From: Entomortierella parvispora E1425
Taxonomy: Eukaryota; Fungi; Mortierellomycota
Assembly: GCA_020891255.1 (NCBI GenBank)
Contig: BQFW01000015.1
Location: forward strand, 2,542,001 to 2,606,000
Direction of reading: 5' to 3'
DNA: 64,000 nucleotides
The notes under the pieces were generated by a model. The model made no database searches. It saw nothing but the letters and a program-made list of their open reading frames with translations, and was not told the DNA's origin. Numbering within the stretch: position 1 is the first letter of the stretch; the number at the start of each line of letters is the position of its first letter. Below, in pieces: positions 11,443 to 24,112 of this stretch. Made by a program: the position numbers and the translations under genes.

Positions 11443-14400
11443 TTAATCTCGCGAGACGCTATCTCTAGCAACGGTGATTGTTATGGGTGGAACCGAGGCC
11501 AGCAAACGGGCTTTGGCCTGCTGGTCGGCCTTGTATTGAGAAGCCTCATCCTTACCCTTGTCCATGTCCACAGAGAGCAACAACAGACCTCCCACCAGAA
11601 ACAACGCCAGTGGGAAAAAGAACCCTGGACGGTATTCACCCGTGAGGGATTGGATCGCGCCAGTGACAAAGGGACCGATCCTGAACAGGAGAAGGAAAAA
11701 AAAAACGACATCCCTCTATCAGAAACTAATTGATTCGATTTTGAGGAATTCACATGCACAGTTGAACTTACCAAGAGGATCCCTTGTCGGCCAACTGGAA
11801 AATACTGAACCATTCGTTCTCATCGCCTTCTGGACACAGCTCCGCCATCATCACCCTGGCTACACCATAGAATGTGCTGATGATAAGGCCCAAATACGCA
11901 ACCGACACCCAAGCCTCCCATTCATGGCGCAGTCCGAAATTACTGGTGATGTACGGCGTGATCACAAAGTAGGCCGTCAAAGCTGAGTAAAGACCCAGAG
12001 TCAGCATGACCATGAACTTTGTCGAAAGACACCAACGTTGTCGGATCCACAGGAATATATAGGCGCCAAAGAAGGCCATGGCGGAAATGGTGATGGTCAT
12101 CACCAGAGATTTTGTATGCGTGAATTTGAGATCCTGGTACGTGATCACATAGAGCAGCGCCGTCACTGTGTTGACACCGTCCGAGAGCATGAACCAGGCA
12201 AAGATGAATTTTGTCACTTGAGTCAACTGCCGCATCGCCTTCAAAGTCTTGTAGTCTAAAAGTTTCAAAAAAAGAGGGAGCAAGTCAGTGTGAGTTGTTA
12301 GACTAAAACTCCTGCATTCTCCAAGGGGATAGTCCTATCCCTTACTCTTGGACCATGAATAGACGAGCCAATTGGTTCCCTTGGGCAAAGGCGGTCCTGG
12401 TCGAGCCTCCAGCCACGGCATCACCGCAATGGTCCATATCAGCCACCAGACTCCTGTGTAAGCGATCGCGATCTGCAAACTCAACAACGAATTGTCCATG
12501 CCCACTGAGATACCGATACATACTCCCATCACGATCGCCGACCCCACGTTCGCCGCGCCAGTACACCAGGCAGACAAATCGTTCGTGACCTGCTCCTCCA
12601 CTTTACGTTGCTCCGCTGTCGAGAACGAGATGAATGATTCCGCAGGGGTGATGTCCAAGAGATCCAGCTGATTGGCAAGGACTGGACTGCTACCGCCGCT
12701 GTTGGAGATATTGCCATGCTGATAATTCTGAGGGGGTGATGTTGACGATCCTTGTTGAGGACGCGGAGACTGGTCCCCTGCCGATCCTGTTGTTGCCTGT
12801 CTCACTGATCCAGACCTCGATGTGCTCTTTGTAATAAAAGGCTCTGGTTCGAACATGGGTTGTGTCATGGACGCCTCCTTGAGCGCCAATTTGTTGTCGA
12901 CATCCATTTTATGAAGGGTGCGTTGGAGGGCTGCTCTCTCGGCCGCCTCGAGTACTTTTGGGTGGACACGGACATATATCGGGAGAAAGGCGTTGGAGAA
13001 GACAGAAGACACGTTGTAACAAGCCCAACCCAACGGCGAGAGAATCACGGTCAGCCAAAACATTGAAGGGGATTGAATGATGAAAAAAGCCAGCGAAGCC
13101 AAGCAGCCAATAGCTGCAAAGACCAACAGAAGATGCTTCCTGTATGCTATTGATGAGAACAAAGGTCAGAGCGCGCGCGTGTCAGTCGGACCGGGTCCGT
13201 GCACCCCCCCCCCCATTTTGACAATTACGGTGACTAGAGCGATTGTTTACCTCCATGGTCCGCAACTGCTGCAATCGAGAGCGAAACCAGAAAGGATACG
13301 ACCGCTGATAGGGAAGAGATGTAGAGTGAGATGGTTCCCGGGTCCAGGTAATGGCTTCCATAGATGTGCATTACACAATCGTAGTTGGGTTGACTCGTGT
13401 CACATGGAATGGAGTGGTTCGCTGTTTCGACTCCGTTCATGGCCGCCACATCCTGGATCAACAATGGCACCATCATCACGGCGCTCACCCATCCATACAC
13501 ACAGTAACTAATTTCACCCAGTGAAATGAAATGGAATGAAAGGAAGAAAAAAAAAAAGAGGGCGTCAGTGCCACAATAATTACGATCATCCTTAGAAAAA
13601 AAGTGACAGGATCACGGGGAAGGTAAGAGAGGAGGTTGCCAAAAAAGACAGGAAGGGGGGAGGAGAGGACCCAACACCGCTCTCACCTCCTCTTCCTCCT
13701 CAGATTTTACAATCCCCGGTTCCTGAAAAAAAAGGAATCCTTCAACCAGGTGGACAAACAACCTCGTGAGATTGTCGCTCACGAGAAAAAGAGACAAAAA
13801 AAGAAAAAGAATAAAAAAAAATAAAAAAAAAAAAGAAGACTTACGTCGCGTTTTGAAAGTACCAGGCCCACACTTCTGTCTTTCGCAATGGAACAATCTT
13901 TTCGATTCTGGTCCGAGTGGGATCATGTCCGTTTGGGTCGTCTGATCGGCCTCCCCAGCCCTCCTCTTCCTTTGCGAATCCATCCAGTGTATTAGGAATC
14001 TCTCCCGACGCCACCATGGAGGAATGTTCCCGACCGATGGACGAAGGTGTGTAAGAGGCGGAGCGTTTCCTGGACCGAGATCGAGACTGGCTCTTTGTCG
14101 ATACCAAGCGCTCTGAAGACCCATTGCTGCTGTTGGTTCCCATGACAGGTTCAATGTCTGCTCCCCCTGTTTTTGTCCCAGGAGGGTCATCCCCCCGTAA
14201 CGTTAATGAGTTTGAGACCAATTGATCGTTGCTGCCATTAAATGTGTGTTTGTGGTTCTGAAACCCGCCGTCCACGCAGTGGTCCGAGTCGGCAGAGAGA
14301 GGACTCGCGATCACCGTCTCGCGTGAGTTTAAGAGACCGGATGAGGATTGTTGGCGGGTCAAACCCTGCTTCCTTTGCTGTGGAGAGTGACCGCCGCCGC

Positions 14401-14551
14401 TCAGGTTGCTGCCCATGCTCCTGCTGGAGGTCTTTTTACGCACTGGAGAAGGGGAAGATGACGTAGAGTCATCCTCCCGAGTATTATTGATTCTGCGGAG
14501 CTGTGGACTGGTATTGATGCCGGGTGGGGCGTTTTTCTTTGTGCGATCCAT
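11443..14551 (-). CDS. ATG22: ATG22-like MFS transporter, copy B (exons 14551-13845, 13507-13251, 13146-12346, 12255-11772, 11680-11443)
   Basis: Same motifs as copy A (EVWAWYFQNAT, LSDGVNT, ELCPEGDENEWFSIFQLADKGSSW|IGPF); spliced in frame; long Ser-rich N-terminal extension. Confidence 0.9.
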
Positions 14552-15343
14552 CACTCTGTTTTTGTTGACTGAGTGTAAGACGGGGAAGTGGGTATGTTGT
14601 TGTACACGAGGAACGATGCGCAGAATTAGGGAAAGGAATAGGTCAAAAGTGATGAAAAGCGTCAAAGGAGAAAAAGCGCAAGAGAAGGGGAAAAAAAAAT
14701 GATTTTTGGAATTGAATGGCGACCGTTCTTGACGACACGGGCGAAATGGCAAGGGTGATAAATAAAAAAGGGGGCGGATGGAAGGAGAAAACAATAAGCA
14801 AGAAAAAGGTAGACCCGCGGATCTTTCAAGTTTAACAAAAAAAAGACATCCAGGCTGACTCTTTGAGGCTGATCAGCCCATGGTGAGCGGGAACTCAAGG
14901 TGCTCCTTACATGCACGTCCTTGATCTGGAGACCAAAAAAAAATGAGGGAAGAAACTCGGCGGATATTGCGGGTCAAGGGATGGAGGGCAAAAAGGGAGA
15001 AACAGAGAGGGATCATCCTGCTACCAATATCTTCCTTTAGGCTGTGCGTCCACAGAGGTAGTCCTCCTTGTCAAGGCGAAACGTGGTCACCAGAGTCCAG
15101 CAGGATATCGTCTGTCTCCATCCATGGACACCATGAAATATTGACATTCCATCAGCGCGCGTCATCTGGTTGGTCTTTATTGCGTAAGAGGGGTTATATT
15201 ATTTTACAACTTCATGATAGAGGCATGTAAGTGAAGAGAGAGATATAAATTAGCCTACAGATTCAGTGGATGGGGACGAGGAGCAGAAAGATTGCAAACC
15301 GAAGATCGTGAACGTTTGTATGTTGGCTGTTAAAGAAAAGAAG

Positions 15344-18001
15344 CTACCGATGTTGCTGCCTGAATTGGGAATGAAGAAAGTCGCCACTAGAGGCACTCTT
15401 GAGTTGTCTCTGCAGCGTGAGCCTCATCTTTTGCTGTTGAACGATTCTCTCGTAGAAAGCGATGCTCTTGCTCAATTCCTCTTCACTCTCGCCATTACGG
15501 TCGCTGTTGGTGCCATTACTGTGGTGGTTGTCATCAAACGTGCTGCAATAGCCAGTACCGTGGTTACCACAACTGCTGGGTTGAGGCAGCAATGGTGGTA
15601 GCGGTGCAGGTGGCTGCTGCTGCTGCTGCTGACACTCTTGATCAGAGAAGAGAGTGGAGGCGAAGGTGCTACTGCCCACATTGACCAGCTGTGAAGCACC
15701 GTGATCGTTGGCTGCAAGAGCCAGCGCCATAACGGCGGGTGCGAAAGCAGTACCGCCCATACTCCCTGCCGAGTCGATCGTGTCCAAAATTAGGTTACTG
15801 TCCGAGATTTTTTGGCTATCGTTCATGTGCAGAGGCTGGGTGTCTTCTTGGAGCAGACTAGAATGTCGCTCAGGAACCGACCACTGGAAGGCCGAACAGG
15901 AGAGATCTCCATAAGTCGAGGGGACTTGCTGCTGCAGAGGTTGCTGCAATTGCTGATGTGGCTGATGTGACTGAGCGGAATTCGTGTTACCGCTCGATGC
16001 AGGTTTTTGGGAAAATTGAAAGGCTGGAGTAGAGTGCATAGCAAAAGGGGTGCAGGACGAGGGGCCTTTTGGATCTGCATGCAGGACGCTACTGACTGCG
16101 AAGACCGTGGAGGGCTGCAGTGGCGAGAACGATGGGAGGTCCCATGATGGCTGATCGAATGGCAAAGAAGAGGGTTGCAAAGCCGGCTCTGCTGTAGCCA
16201 ATAACCAGGTACCGTTGCAATGGTCAGCTGCTGAAGACAGCTGGGGCTGGGTCGAGAGGCGCGATGGGACGTGGTCACTCCTCACGTCTGAGGTGACACC
16301 AGCCGTAGAGGGGGCCAAACCAAAAGACATGTCATTTGAGACTGCAGTCATGGGCGTGTAGTCAGAATAGGGAGTTGGCAAACATGGAGAGACGGCCGAG
16401 AGCGTTGACATGGATTCAAACCCCCAGCCCAAACTTGCGATGGCATCGGGCCCGTTTTGAACAACCCCACTGTTCATATTACCGCCGATTTGACCGGTAA
16501 CATCAGCCAGAGGCGTGATTGTTGGGGTGAAGCAGACTTTGGAGAATGAAGATACCGAGGCTTGCTTCACTGGTCCGCTCGTCGCTGAAGAGAATAGTAG
16601 TGGGCTGAGCTCGAGCGTCGGAGTGGTCAACGGAGGGGACTGAAGCCATGGATAGTCATTAGAACTCAAAGGGAGATCAAGCAGTGGAGTGTTGAGCACC
16701 GGCGAGGAGGTTTGGTCCGGACTCCAAACATCATTTGAATCGATAGATCCATTCAGAAACAGGGGGTTAAATGTGAGAGACGCACTCATCATCTCAGCAT
16801 CCCAGTTGATGCCGTTGTCGAGAGCTGAGAGAGGGCTATCGTCAGTCTGGTCCATGTCCATTGACAAGGAAGTATCGTTTGGAGGAAATGAAAAGCTGTA
16901 ATCAAAATTGCCTGACAATGGCTCAGCCATACTGACGGGTGCCACTGCAGACCTCCCATCCGGGATCGAAACCGGTTGCCTAGGCCGAGCGCTTCTAGCC
17001 TTCTTTGCAACCGGCAGATCGGGAACTGTATCTCCTGTGAAGTTGTGGAGCGCGGTTTCTGTAACAAGGAATTTTTTGGGGGTCGACGACTGATGGTCCA
17101 GATTGGGTCTCTTTTTCTTGCCACGCTCTTGCTCGTGGGAGGATGCGGGCATGGACGATGAAGCACCGGTTTGACGAGCCATGTCCTCGCTTTCTTCCTG
17201 GTCCTTTACGGGGGAGTCTGTTGTAGCTTGTTTGGATGGAGTACTTGAAGACGATTCGGTCGTCTTGGCTTTTTCCTTCTCAGTCTTGTCGTTATCAGCG
17301 TGGGTGCCCAGAGCCTTGTTTTTGTCTTTGGTGGCAGACGCTAGGGACGAGGACTGCCCGGCTCTGGCTGGCGTGTATTTGTAAGCTGGGTAGAGATTGG
17401 CGTGCTTTATCTTTTCTTGATGGGCCTGTTGCCGATATACGCTCTTGACCGACTCTGGTTCGTTTCTCCAACATCGGCCAGCGAGTCTGGAGATCTCTTT
17501 GTTGTTCTGATTTCCATAGCGGGCGACGAGCAAAGGGTGGATGTGGGTTCGGTACATGATGAAGCAATTGGAGGATCGTTTGATTTTCCCTTCCTCCCTC
17601 GCCTGCTTCCTGAGCTTCTGCTGCACTGCAGATTGGGTCTGGATGTAAAGGGCATTCGGTGTAGGTTTGGGTCGAGGCACTACTGGCGCAAGGTTGTTGA
17701 TGAATTGGAGAGGTTTTGCACCTGGTAGCGACGTAGAGGACTTTGAAATGGACACTGTTGGCTGTGTATCGCTATGCTGTTGCCGGGAGGAACTGACTTT
17801 TGCATGAATGAAGTTGGTGCTACCTTGCGTTGTGGGATGTGACGGTATTGGAGTCGAGGAAGACAAATCAACGATGGAAGGGACCTGTTGCACGTTGGCT
17901 TGAGGGATAAAGGTGACTGATGTGGATGTGAAGGTCGACGGCAAGAGTGTCTGATCTTGATTTTGGAGATCGAAGGGTTCTGGAGGAGCCCCGCGCGACA
18001 T
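15344..18001 (-). CDS. MATA_HMG/SOX-type HMG-box transcription factor, 885 aa, single exon
   Basis: KIKRSSNCFIMYR...NNKEISRLAGRCWRNEPESVKSVYRQQAHQEKIKHANLYPAYKYTP; rest is S/P/Q-rich low complexity. Confidence 0.9.
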   Translation of the reverse strand: MSRGAPPEPFDLQNQDQTLLPSTFTSTSVTFIPQANVQQVPSIVDLSSSTPIPSHPTTQGSTNFIHAKVSSSRQQHSDTQPTVSISKSSTSLPGAKPLQFINNLAPVVPRPKPTPNALYIQTQSAVQQKLRKQAREEGKIKRSSNCFIMYRTHIHPLLVARYGNQNNKEISRLAGRCWRNEPESVKSVYRQQAHQEKIKHANLYPAYKYTPARAGQSSSLASATKDKNKALGTHADNDKTEKEKAKTTESSSSTPSKQATTDSPVKDQEESEDMARQTGASSSMPASSHEQERGKKKRPNLDHQSSTPKKFLVTETALHNFTGDTVPDLPVAKKARSARPRQPVSIPDGRSAVAPVSMAEPLSGNFDYSFSFPPNDTSLSMDMDQTDDSPLSALDNGINWDAEMMSASLTFNPLFLNGSIDSNDVWSPDQTSSPVLNTPLLDLPLSSNDYPWLQSPPLTTPTLELSPLLFSSATSGPVKQASVSSFSKVCFTPTITPLADVTGQIGGNMNSGVVQNGPDAIASLGWGFESMSTLSAVSPCLPTPYSDYTPMTAVSNDMSFGLAPSTAGVTSDVRSDHVPSRLSTQPQLSSAADHCNGTWLLATAEPALQPSSLPFDQPSWDLPSFSPLQPSTVFAVSSVLHADPKGPSSCTPFAMHSTPAFQFSQKPASSGNTNSAQSHQPHQQLQQPLQQQVPSTYGDLSCSAFQWSVPERHSSLLQEDTQPLHMNDSQKISDSNLILDTIDSAGSMGGTAFAPAVMALALAANDHGASQLVNVGSSTFASTLFSDQECQQQQQQPPAPLPPLLPQPSSCGNHGTGYCSTFDDNHHSNGTNSDRNGESEEELSKSIAFYERIVQQQKMRLTLQRQLKSASSGDFLHSQFRQQHR

Positions 18002-18459
18002 TGGCGGAAGACTCGATTGATTGAGCGAAGGAACAGGGGGAGTTGGACTTGCTGGACGAACAAAAATGGAGGAGCGTTTGTCAGAAGAAGATGCTATAGA
18101 AAAGAGACGTGTCGAAGGAGACGCGACTGAGACGCGTTGATTCGTTGAGGGAAAAGGTACCTGGATTTGTCCAGAGGGAGCTTGAAAAGAGCCGGAGGTG
18201 GTGCAGGATTAGGATGACAGACGGACTTCACGGTCGGAGTGTCCGGCAGAGGGGTGAAGGATGGAGACTGGCGCATGTGCTGAGGTGCAATGAGCTGTGT
18301 CGTAAGATCGCTGTGCTGGAGGCTGAGGAGGGGAGCCGTTGTAGGAGGAAAATTGACGGGCGGTATTGATGTGGACGGAGAATTGTTTGAGAGGTAGGCT
18401 GTGAAGAGCAGCAACAGAGGCAGAAAGTGTGCAAAGGAATGATGAAGAGAGATGAATGA

Positions 18460-18486
18460 ACGAATGAATGAATGAATGAATGAAAG
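18460..18486 (+). repeat. (GAAT)n microsatellite upstream of HMG gene
   Basis: gaatgaatgaatgaatgaatgaa seen directly. Confidence 0.85.
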
Positions 18487-20402
18487 GATGAGGAAAGCAA
18501 TGATGGCATTGCACTTTCCATTCCTCCCTCTTTCTTCCCTGGAAGAAGGAACTGTATAAAGACTCGGTTTTGCAGAACAGCAAATGTTCTTCTCGCCTCT
18601 TGTGTGGTGTTGTGTTTTGCATCGCAAGACATTGGCCTTGTTGACTTTGTCTGTTGTTGTTGTGGCACTGAGGGGATGCTTGACCATCTCTTTTTCTTTT
18701 TCGGTGCTCTATTGTTCTGTGTCCTCTGCGTGTTTGCCCGTCGAGGTAGAAAAGGTCAGATGCATTGTTTATCGGACCAACTTTGCAGTGCACGGTTTTT
18801 GATGCCAAAGGAGGCAACTAAGTGCCTCCGTGAGCTGCACCTTCCTCGGTTTGTTACGGATATCAAAGGGTCGACATCCTGACCCTGTCACGTCTGTGAC
18901 AATTACTCGTTTACATCATCATCCTGGCAGGGGGGAAGATGGAAATAGAATTGGACGGGAGAACCGACCGGCAGCATAGCATGCTCTTGCACCTATTGTT
19001 TGAACCATCTTTGACCATCCTGCACCGCAAAAAGAAATAAGAAAAGAGGCGACACTTGTCCACCGAGGTATCCAATAGAACTTTCTCTCCTCACCAAGTC
19101 TGTATTTCTCGTCGACTATGGCGCCTGGTAGTAATTGAATAGAGTAGGTCATTCGGACATGACACCACAATTGGAACCATAAAAACGCAGAGTGTCTCAA
19201 TGGGCGCATTGCCTTGCCTCTGTATCTGCACATTTGCATATCTGCACCATAAAGCGTGGTTGCATGATCGGCTCAAGATGCGTCGAAGAAGACCCAGACA
19301 AAAGGGCGGCAAAATTCACAGACATCTTGAAAAAAAAGGGGACCTTGTCTATGTTTGATACTTTGATACCTTTCGAGCGGACTGCCAACATGGACCCCAG
19401 ATCGCCACTTGCCCTCACCGCCAAGTGCTCACTTCCCTTTTTTCATGCACTTTTGCCAATCTTCCCCTGTTTCTTCCCATGCTCAGAAGTGCTCTCGCCA
19501 AGGCACTCGGTCCTCCTCGTCCTCCCTCACCTTCCTAATCAGGCCGTCAAAGAGATTTTGTCCAAGCAAGAAAAAAAAAGGAAATCCAGATTGCAGGTTA
19601 AAAAAAAAGAGGGTTCCAGTCCGAAAACGCCGTTCTTGCAATGCGATTTTACATTGGTCCCCCAAAAACACAAAGGAGCGATGCTCTGTGATCCAAGGGG
19701 ACGGAAACAATAGCGAGGCTCAGATTTGTACTCCCAAACAACCTGCCTCTTCTTTCTCTTTCCTTGCAAGCTGCATACTTTTTTTTATTCACACCTTCCC
19801 GGTTGTCCTCCCTCACTTTTTTTTTTTCTTTGTTCCTTTCTTTTCTTTTTTTCCCTCCCTCCTCCTCTTTGCACCTTTGCGCCATTTCGTTTCTTGTGCA
19901 GCACCGCGGAGAATCCATGTTACTCTCTTGCTCTCTGGTGCGAGTAGAGATACAGGATTTGATTAGATCTGATGTGTGGTTACATTCGCCTTTTTTTTTT
20001 TGTTGCATTGGTGGCCAACCACGTTTTACCCTCGATTTCCTCCGCCTCTGTCCAAGGGTCACTTTGAGCTCGTACCCTCGTACCCGCCCCACAGCTGCCT
20101 TGCCGTTGCATCTAGTCGGTTTGACTTCTTAGGAAACCACATAATCAACAGCATAAAAAAATAAAAAAAATAAAAAAAAGGTTATGATTTCAATTGAATT
20201 TGTGGGCTGGAAACAGTTCCCAACAGCATCGGTCGCTCGCGCACTCGAGAATCACGGAACAGAGTCCAACTCAATTGAATTGTGCTGGTAGAATAGTAAA
20301 ACTGGGCGGGTTTTGTCAGCTTGCATGCCAATCAGCTTCCATGGTCTGTTAGTTAACCATGATTATATACAATTTTTCCTTTCGAAGTGAATACTCTTTT
20401 CT

Positions 20403-22501
20403 TTATTCATCTTCATCAGAAGAAGCATCCTCGCCATCCTGTGTAGTATCATGAGCAGCAGTTGTTGCCGTTGTGCCATTAGCATCAGAGACGTCAGTTG
20501 TTCCAGCTGCCTTCGACTTTTTCTTCTTTTTCTTGTTCTTTTTCTTCTTTTTCGTTGGCGTTGAGCCTGCCTCTGCCATTGGTGCTGAGGCTGTTGTTGT
20601 TGATGCAGTTGTATCCGTCGTTGTTGAATCACCCGCCATCGTATCATGTGTCCTCTTGTTGCCGACGCTGGCGCTTTGGTTGGTTTTGTCAACAGCGACG
20701 CCAGGGATACCTACGCTCTGGCCCTTCCAAAGCGGTGAGAGTCCTGCGCTCTTATTCTTGCTCACGCGTTCAAAGCACGCAACAAAGAATCCATTCATCA
20801 AATCACCCTCGGGTCCCCCGGGCACAGCTCGGACAACACAGTCCGCAATCTTTTTCCGATCCTCGTCCGTCTCGACCAATCCTGGAATATCGCCCACATC
20901 TGCTGGGTATCCACGGCGATGCCAGGTAGGCAAGACCTTGGATCGAGGACACAACTTCCATTGAGGCCAGTGGTTTCTCAAAAGTGTCGTCACCACGTGT
21001 TCGTTTTCCTCGGCATAGATGGAGCAGGTCGAGTAACTGATCTTTTGCACATTGGGGAAGGTCATGGCTTTGGAGACACATTCAACTTGAAACTCTCCAA
21101 GGGATTTGAGTCGTTCCTTCTTCTTTTCCTCAGCGGCGGCTCTCTCAGCTGCGCCTCCTGTGGTGGTAGTCTCGAGGATGGTAGCCTGTTCTTGCTCGTC
21201 AGCATAGGCATCCACAAGATGATCCAATCGGTTGACGATACCAGATCCTGAGCAAGAAGGGTCCAGCAAAATGTGGGTCACTTTGGAGTTGTCGGGTTCT
21301 GAGGTATCCAGAGTTAAAAATGAGGTGTTGAGCGCCGTGATATCTAAAAAATGGAGGGAGAAGGTCAAAGCTGTATCCCGCATGATGTATCCACAATTCA
21401 GATGGTTCAGGCACATGTAAAGCTATAAAAAAATTCTTACTCGTGCATCCAGCCTTGGTAGTCAATCGCTTTAAAATATTCAGTCGTCTCAAATCCAGGT
21501 CGCAGGCGATAATTTTGCCCCCGTTGCCCATGCCCATGGCCAGTTGACTCGTCTTGTTTCCAGGTGCTGCACAGCCGTCAATCACATATGCATTCTTGGG
21601 AGGCGCCAGAATGGCGGCGGGAAAACAAGAGGCCTTATCCTGTAGAATCAAGACACCAGAGACGTAGAGCGGGTGGAGATGGAGGTCGGATTTGGGTGGG
21701 AAGACCAGCATGAAATCCAAGTGCTCGTCTCGATGGAAGCTGTTGGGTCCTGGAGGCGCAGGTGGTGAGGGAGCTGACTCCAGAAATGTCCATCCATCTG
21801 CGATAAAGGTCTTGATCACTTCTTCAGGCGTAGACTTCAACAGGTTGACGCGTACATATCGTGGCAATAGAACTATCCAGACAACAAGTACGTGCTGTTA
21901 GAAGGTGCCTCTTTTCTCCACTTTGTCTCTCTCCGCTATCATGGAGATACCGTCCAAGCCGCAGATCTTCAGAAACTGGACAATAATCAAACAAAATAAC
22001 AAGCCTTACGTTCTTCTTCGCCCTCAATCAGTCCATCCTTGTTGGCGCCGACCTTGATCTTTGCCTTGACAAACTCTGCCTTCAGACGAGCTTTATGTCT
22101 CATGACAGCTTGCTTCATAGGCCAAGCGTCCGATGCCTGAATTCCTCTTGACTGGAGTAGGAGATCATGCAGCAAGAGCAGAGCCAAAGACCGCGTCAAC
22201 TTCTTTTCCAATGTCAGCAACTTGGATTCTTGCAGGACAAGCGAAAGAGTGGTGTTGTCTAAATGTTGTAGATATGGGCATAGAGGGAAAGGATCCAGTT
22301 CAGTATCCCTGCTGGCATGCCCATGGTCGAGTCTCCCAGAGTTAAATTTCCTGTGACTTTACGCTTCAAGGTCTCGCAGATGACAGCGTACATGCGCTTT
22401 TTGTCGGTGACATCTGCATTGCCCAGAGTAAGACCCTTGATGGAGCCCTCCTTCTTGCCGAGTCTGTCGATGATATCGGCCGCCTGCTTGTAAAAGTTCA
22501 T
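20403..22501 (-). CDS. RCM1: 25S rRNA m5C methyltransferase RCM1/NSUN5 (exons 22501-22363, 22258-22010, 21872-21441, 21343-20403)
   Basis: PRYVRVN, LILQDKASCFPA, IDGCAAPGNKT, ILLDPSCSGSG, YSTCSIYAEENE, GFFVACF. Confidence 0.95.
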
Positions 22502-22679
22502 CGTCGAGGTCGTTGCTGGGCTGAGTCAAAGGCGAAGGTGTCTCTTGTTGGCAGAAGGTGCCTCCAGAAAAAAGAAAAAGCTAAGCCACAACGGTAAACA
22601 ACCATGCATTCAGTACATATTCTCGGTTTCTGCCTCCATTCATCTGCAGTCGACATTGCCGCAGCAACTACACACGACC

Positions 22680-24112
22680 ATGGCCACCATCACCCCCGAC
22701 GCTGCTGCTTTGACCGAGCGCATTGCCGCCATCAAAAAGGCCGATCCTGGATTGGGCATTAAGAAAGTCCTGACCACCATTCAGGCTCAGGAACCCACTT
22801 GGCTCGTGAGCGAGAAGCGAGTCAAGAAGTTGATGGGCGAAGCCGGCATTGCGGTTGCCTCGGCCGATGGAGAGGTCGATGCCTCTGTCCCTATCAGTCA
22901 TATCGACACTGGTGTCGATATTCACGCCTTGACTAACGGACTGGTCACCACCAGGATGATCAACAGAGTCATTGGAAAGGGTATGGAGTGAAAGGACGGG
23001 AAGCTCTGATGTGGAGGGTTGGGGAGATCTTGAAGCAGGAAGCCATATGAGAGGTCTGACAGAATTGGATTTTTTAACGAAATAGGCCTGTTTGCCACTC
23101 AGGATATCCCCAAGGGCAAGGTCTTGTTCACAGAGTTTCCCTTCGTTTACTTTCCTCCAATGAAGCGCTATAACATGGTGGTCAAGGGCGAGGCTTGTGG
23201 ACTCTGCGCGCGTACCATCAAGGCTGGAGGCTTGCTTAGCTGCGGTTGTCCAAAGTGCGGTAGAATCAAGTACTGCACCAAGGGTAATTACGCGATGTAC
23301 AGATCAACTCTCTGAAGGGCAATGACAGATATTTAGTTTGCAATTACTGACTTTTTTTTTGCTCCTTAGCTTGCAGAGATACTGCTTGGGACAGTTCACA
23401 CAAGTTTGAGTGCGCGGCATTGAATCCCGCCATGAAGGACTACATTAACCTGTGTGTACGGGAGAACTGGAACGCTGGTATGGGAGCCCTGCGCTGTTAT
23501 GAGCGCATCCTGATCGCCAATGAGGAGTCTCCAGAGGAATTGGATGCTGTCTTGAAGCACCTGGATGCATTTGCAACTGTCAGTCAGGAGGAACGTCAAA
23601 AGAAGGAGTCTTCTTGGGATATGATGAGCAGTGAATCTCAGATGATGCTTTGGGAGGAGGCTTTGAAGCACTTGATCAAGGGCTGTAGATTCCCTTTGAA
23701 GGTGACCGCCAAGGATACTCCCAGTGTTTTGACAAAGGCCTTGCCAGAGAAGCTCAGCAAGGACCTGTTCTCTATGGATACTTTCTTGAAGTTTGTGGGA
23801 AGATACAACATCAACAACCAGGACGGAGGGTTGTACCTGCTGCATTCGTCCTTGAACCACGCCTGTGTACCCAACGCGATCATTGACCATCCAGGAGCAG
23901 GAACAAACTATGGTGTCAGTGTGCGATTGGCGAGGGACATCAAGCGGGATGAGCAGTTGCAGATCACATACTGTGACCCCCGTTGGGGCCGTGAGACTCG
24001 GCAACAGTACTTGAAGACCGAGTACTTGTTCACATGCAAGTGCAAGCGTTGCACAGGAGCGGATGATGGACTCAGTGAGGAAATCAAGCAGGCCTTGGGA
24101 GTCACTTTTTAG
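22680..24112 (+). CDS. SET5: SET/MYND (SMYD-type) lysine methyltransferase, Set5-like (exons 22680-22980, 23086-23283, 23370-24112)
   Basis: GKGLFAT, MYND CGLC..CPKC..YC..C..H..C, SSLNHACVPN, ITYCD, post-SET FTCKCKRC. Confidence 0.85.
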
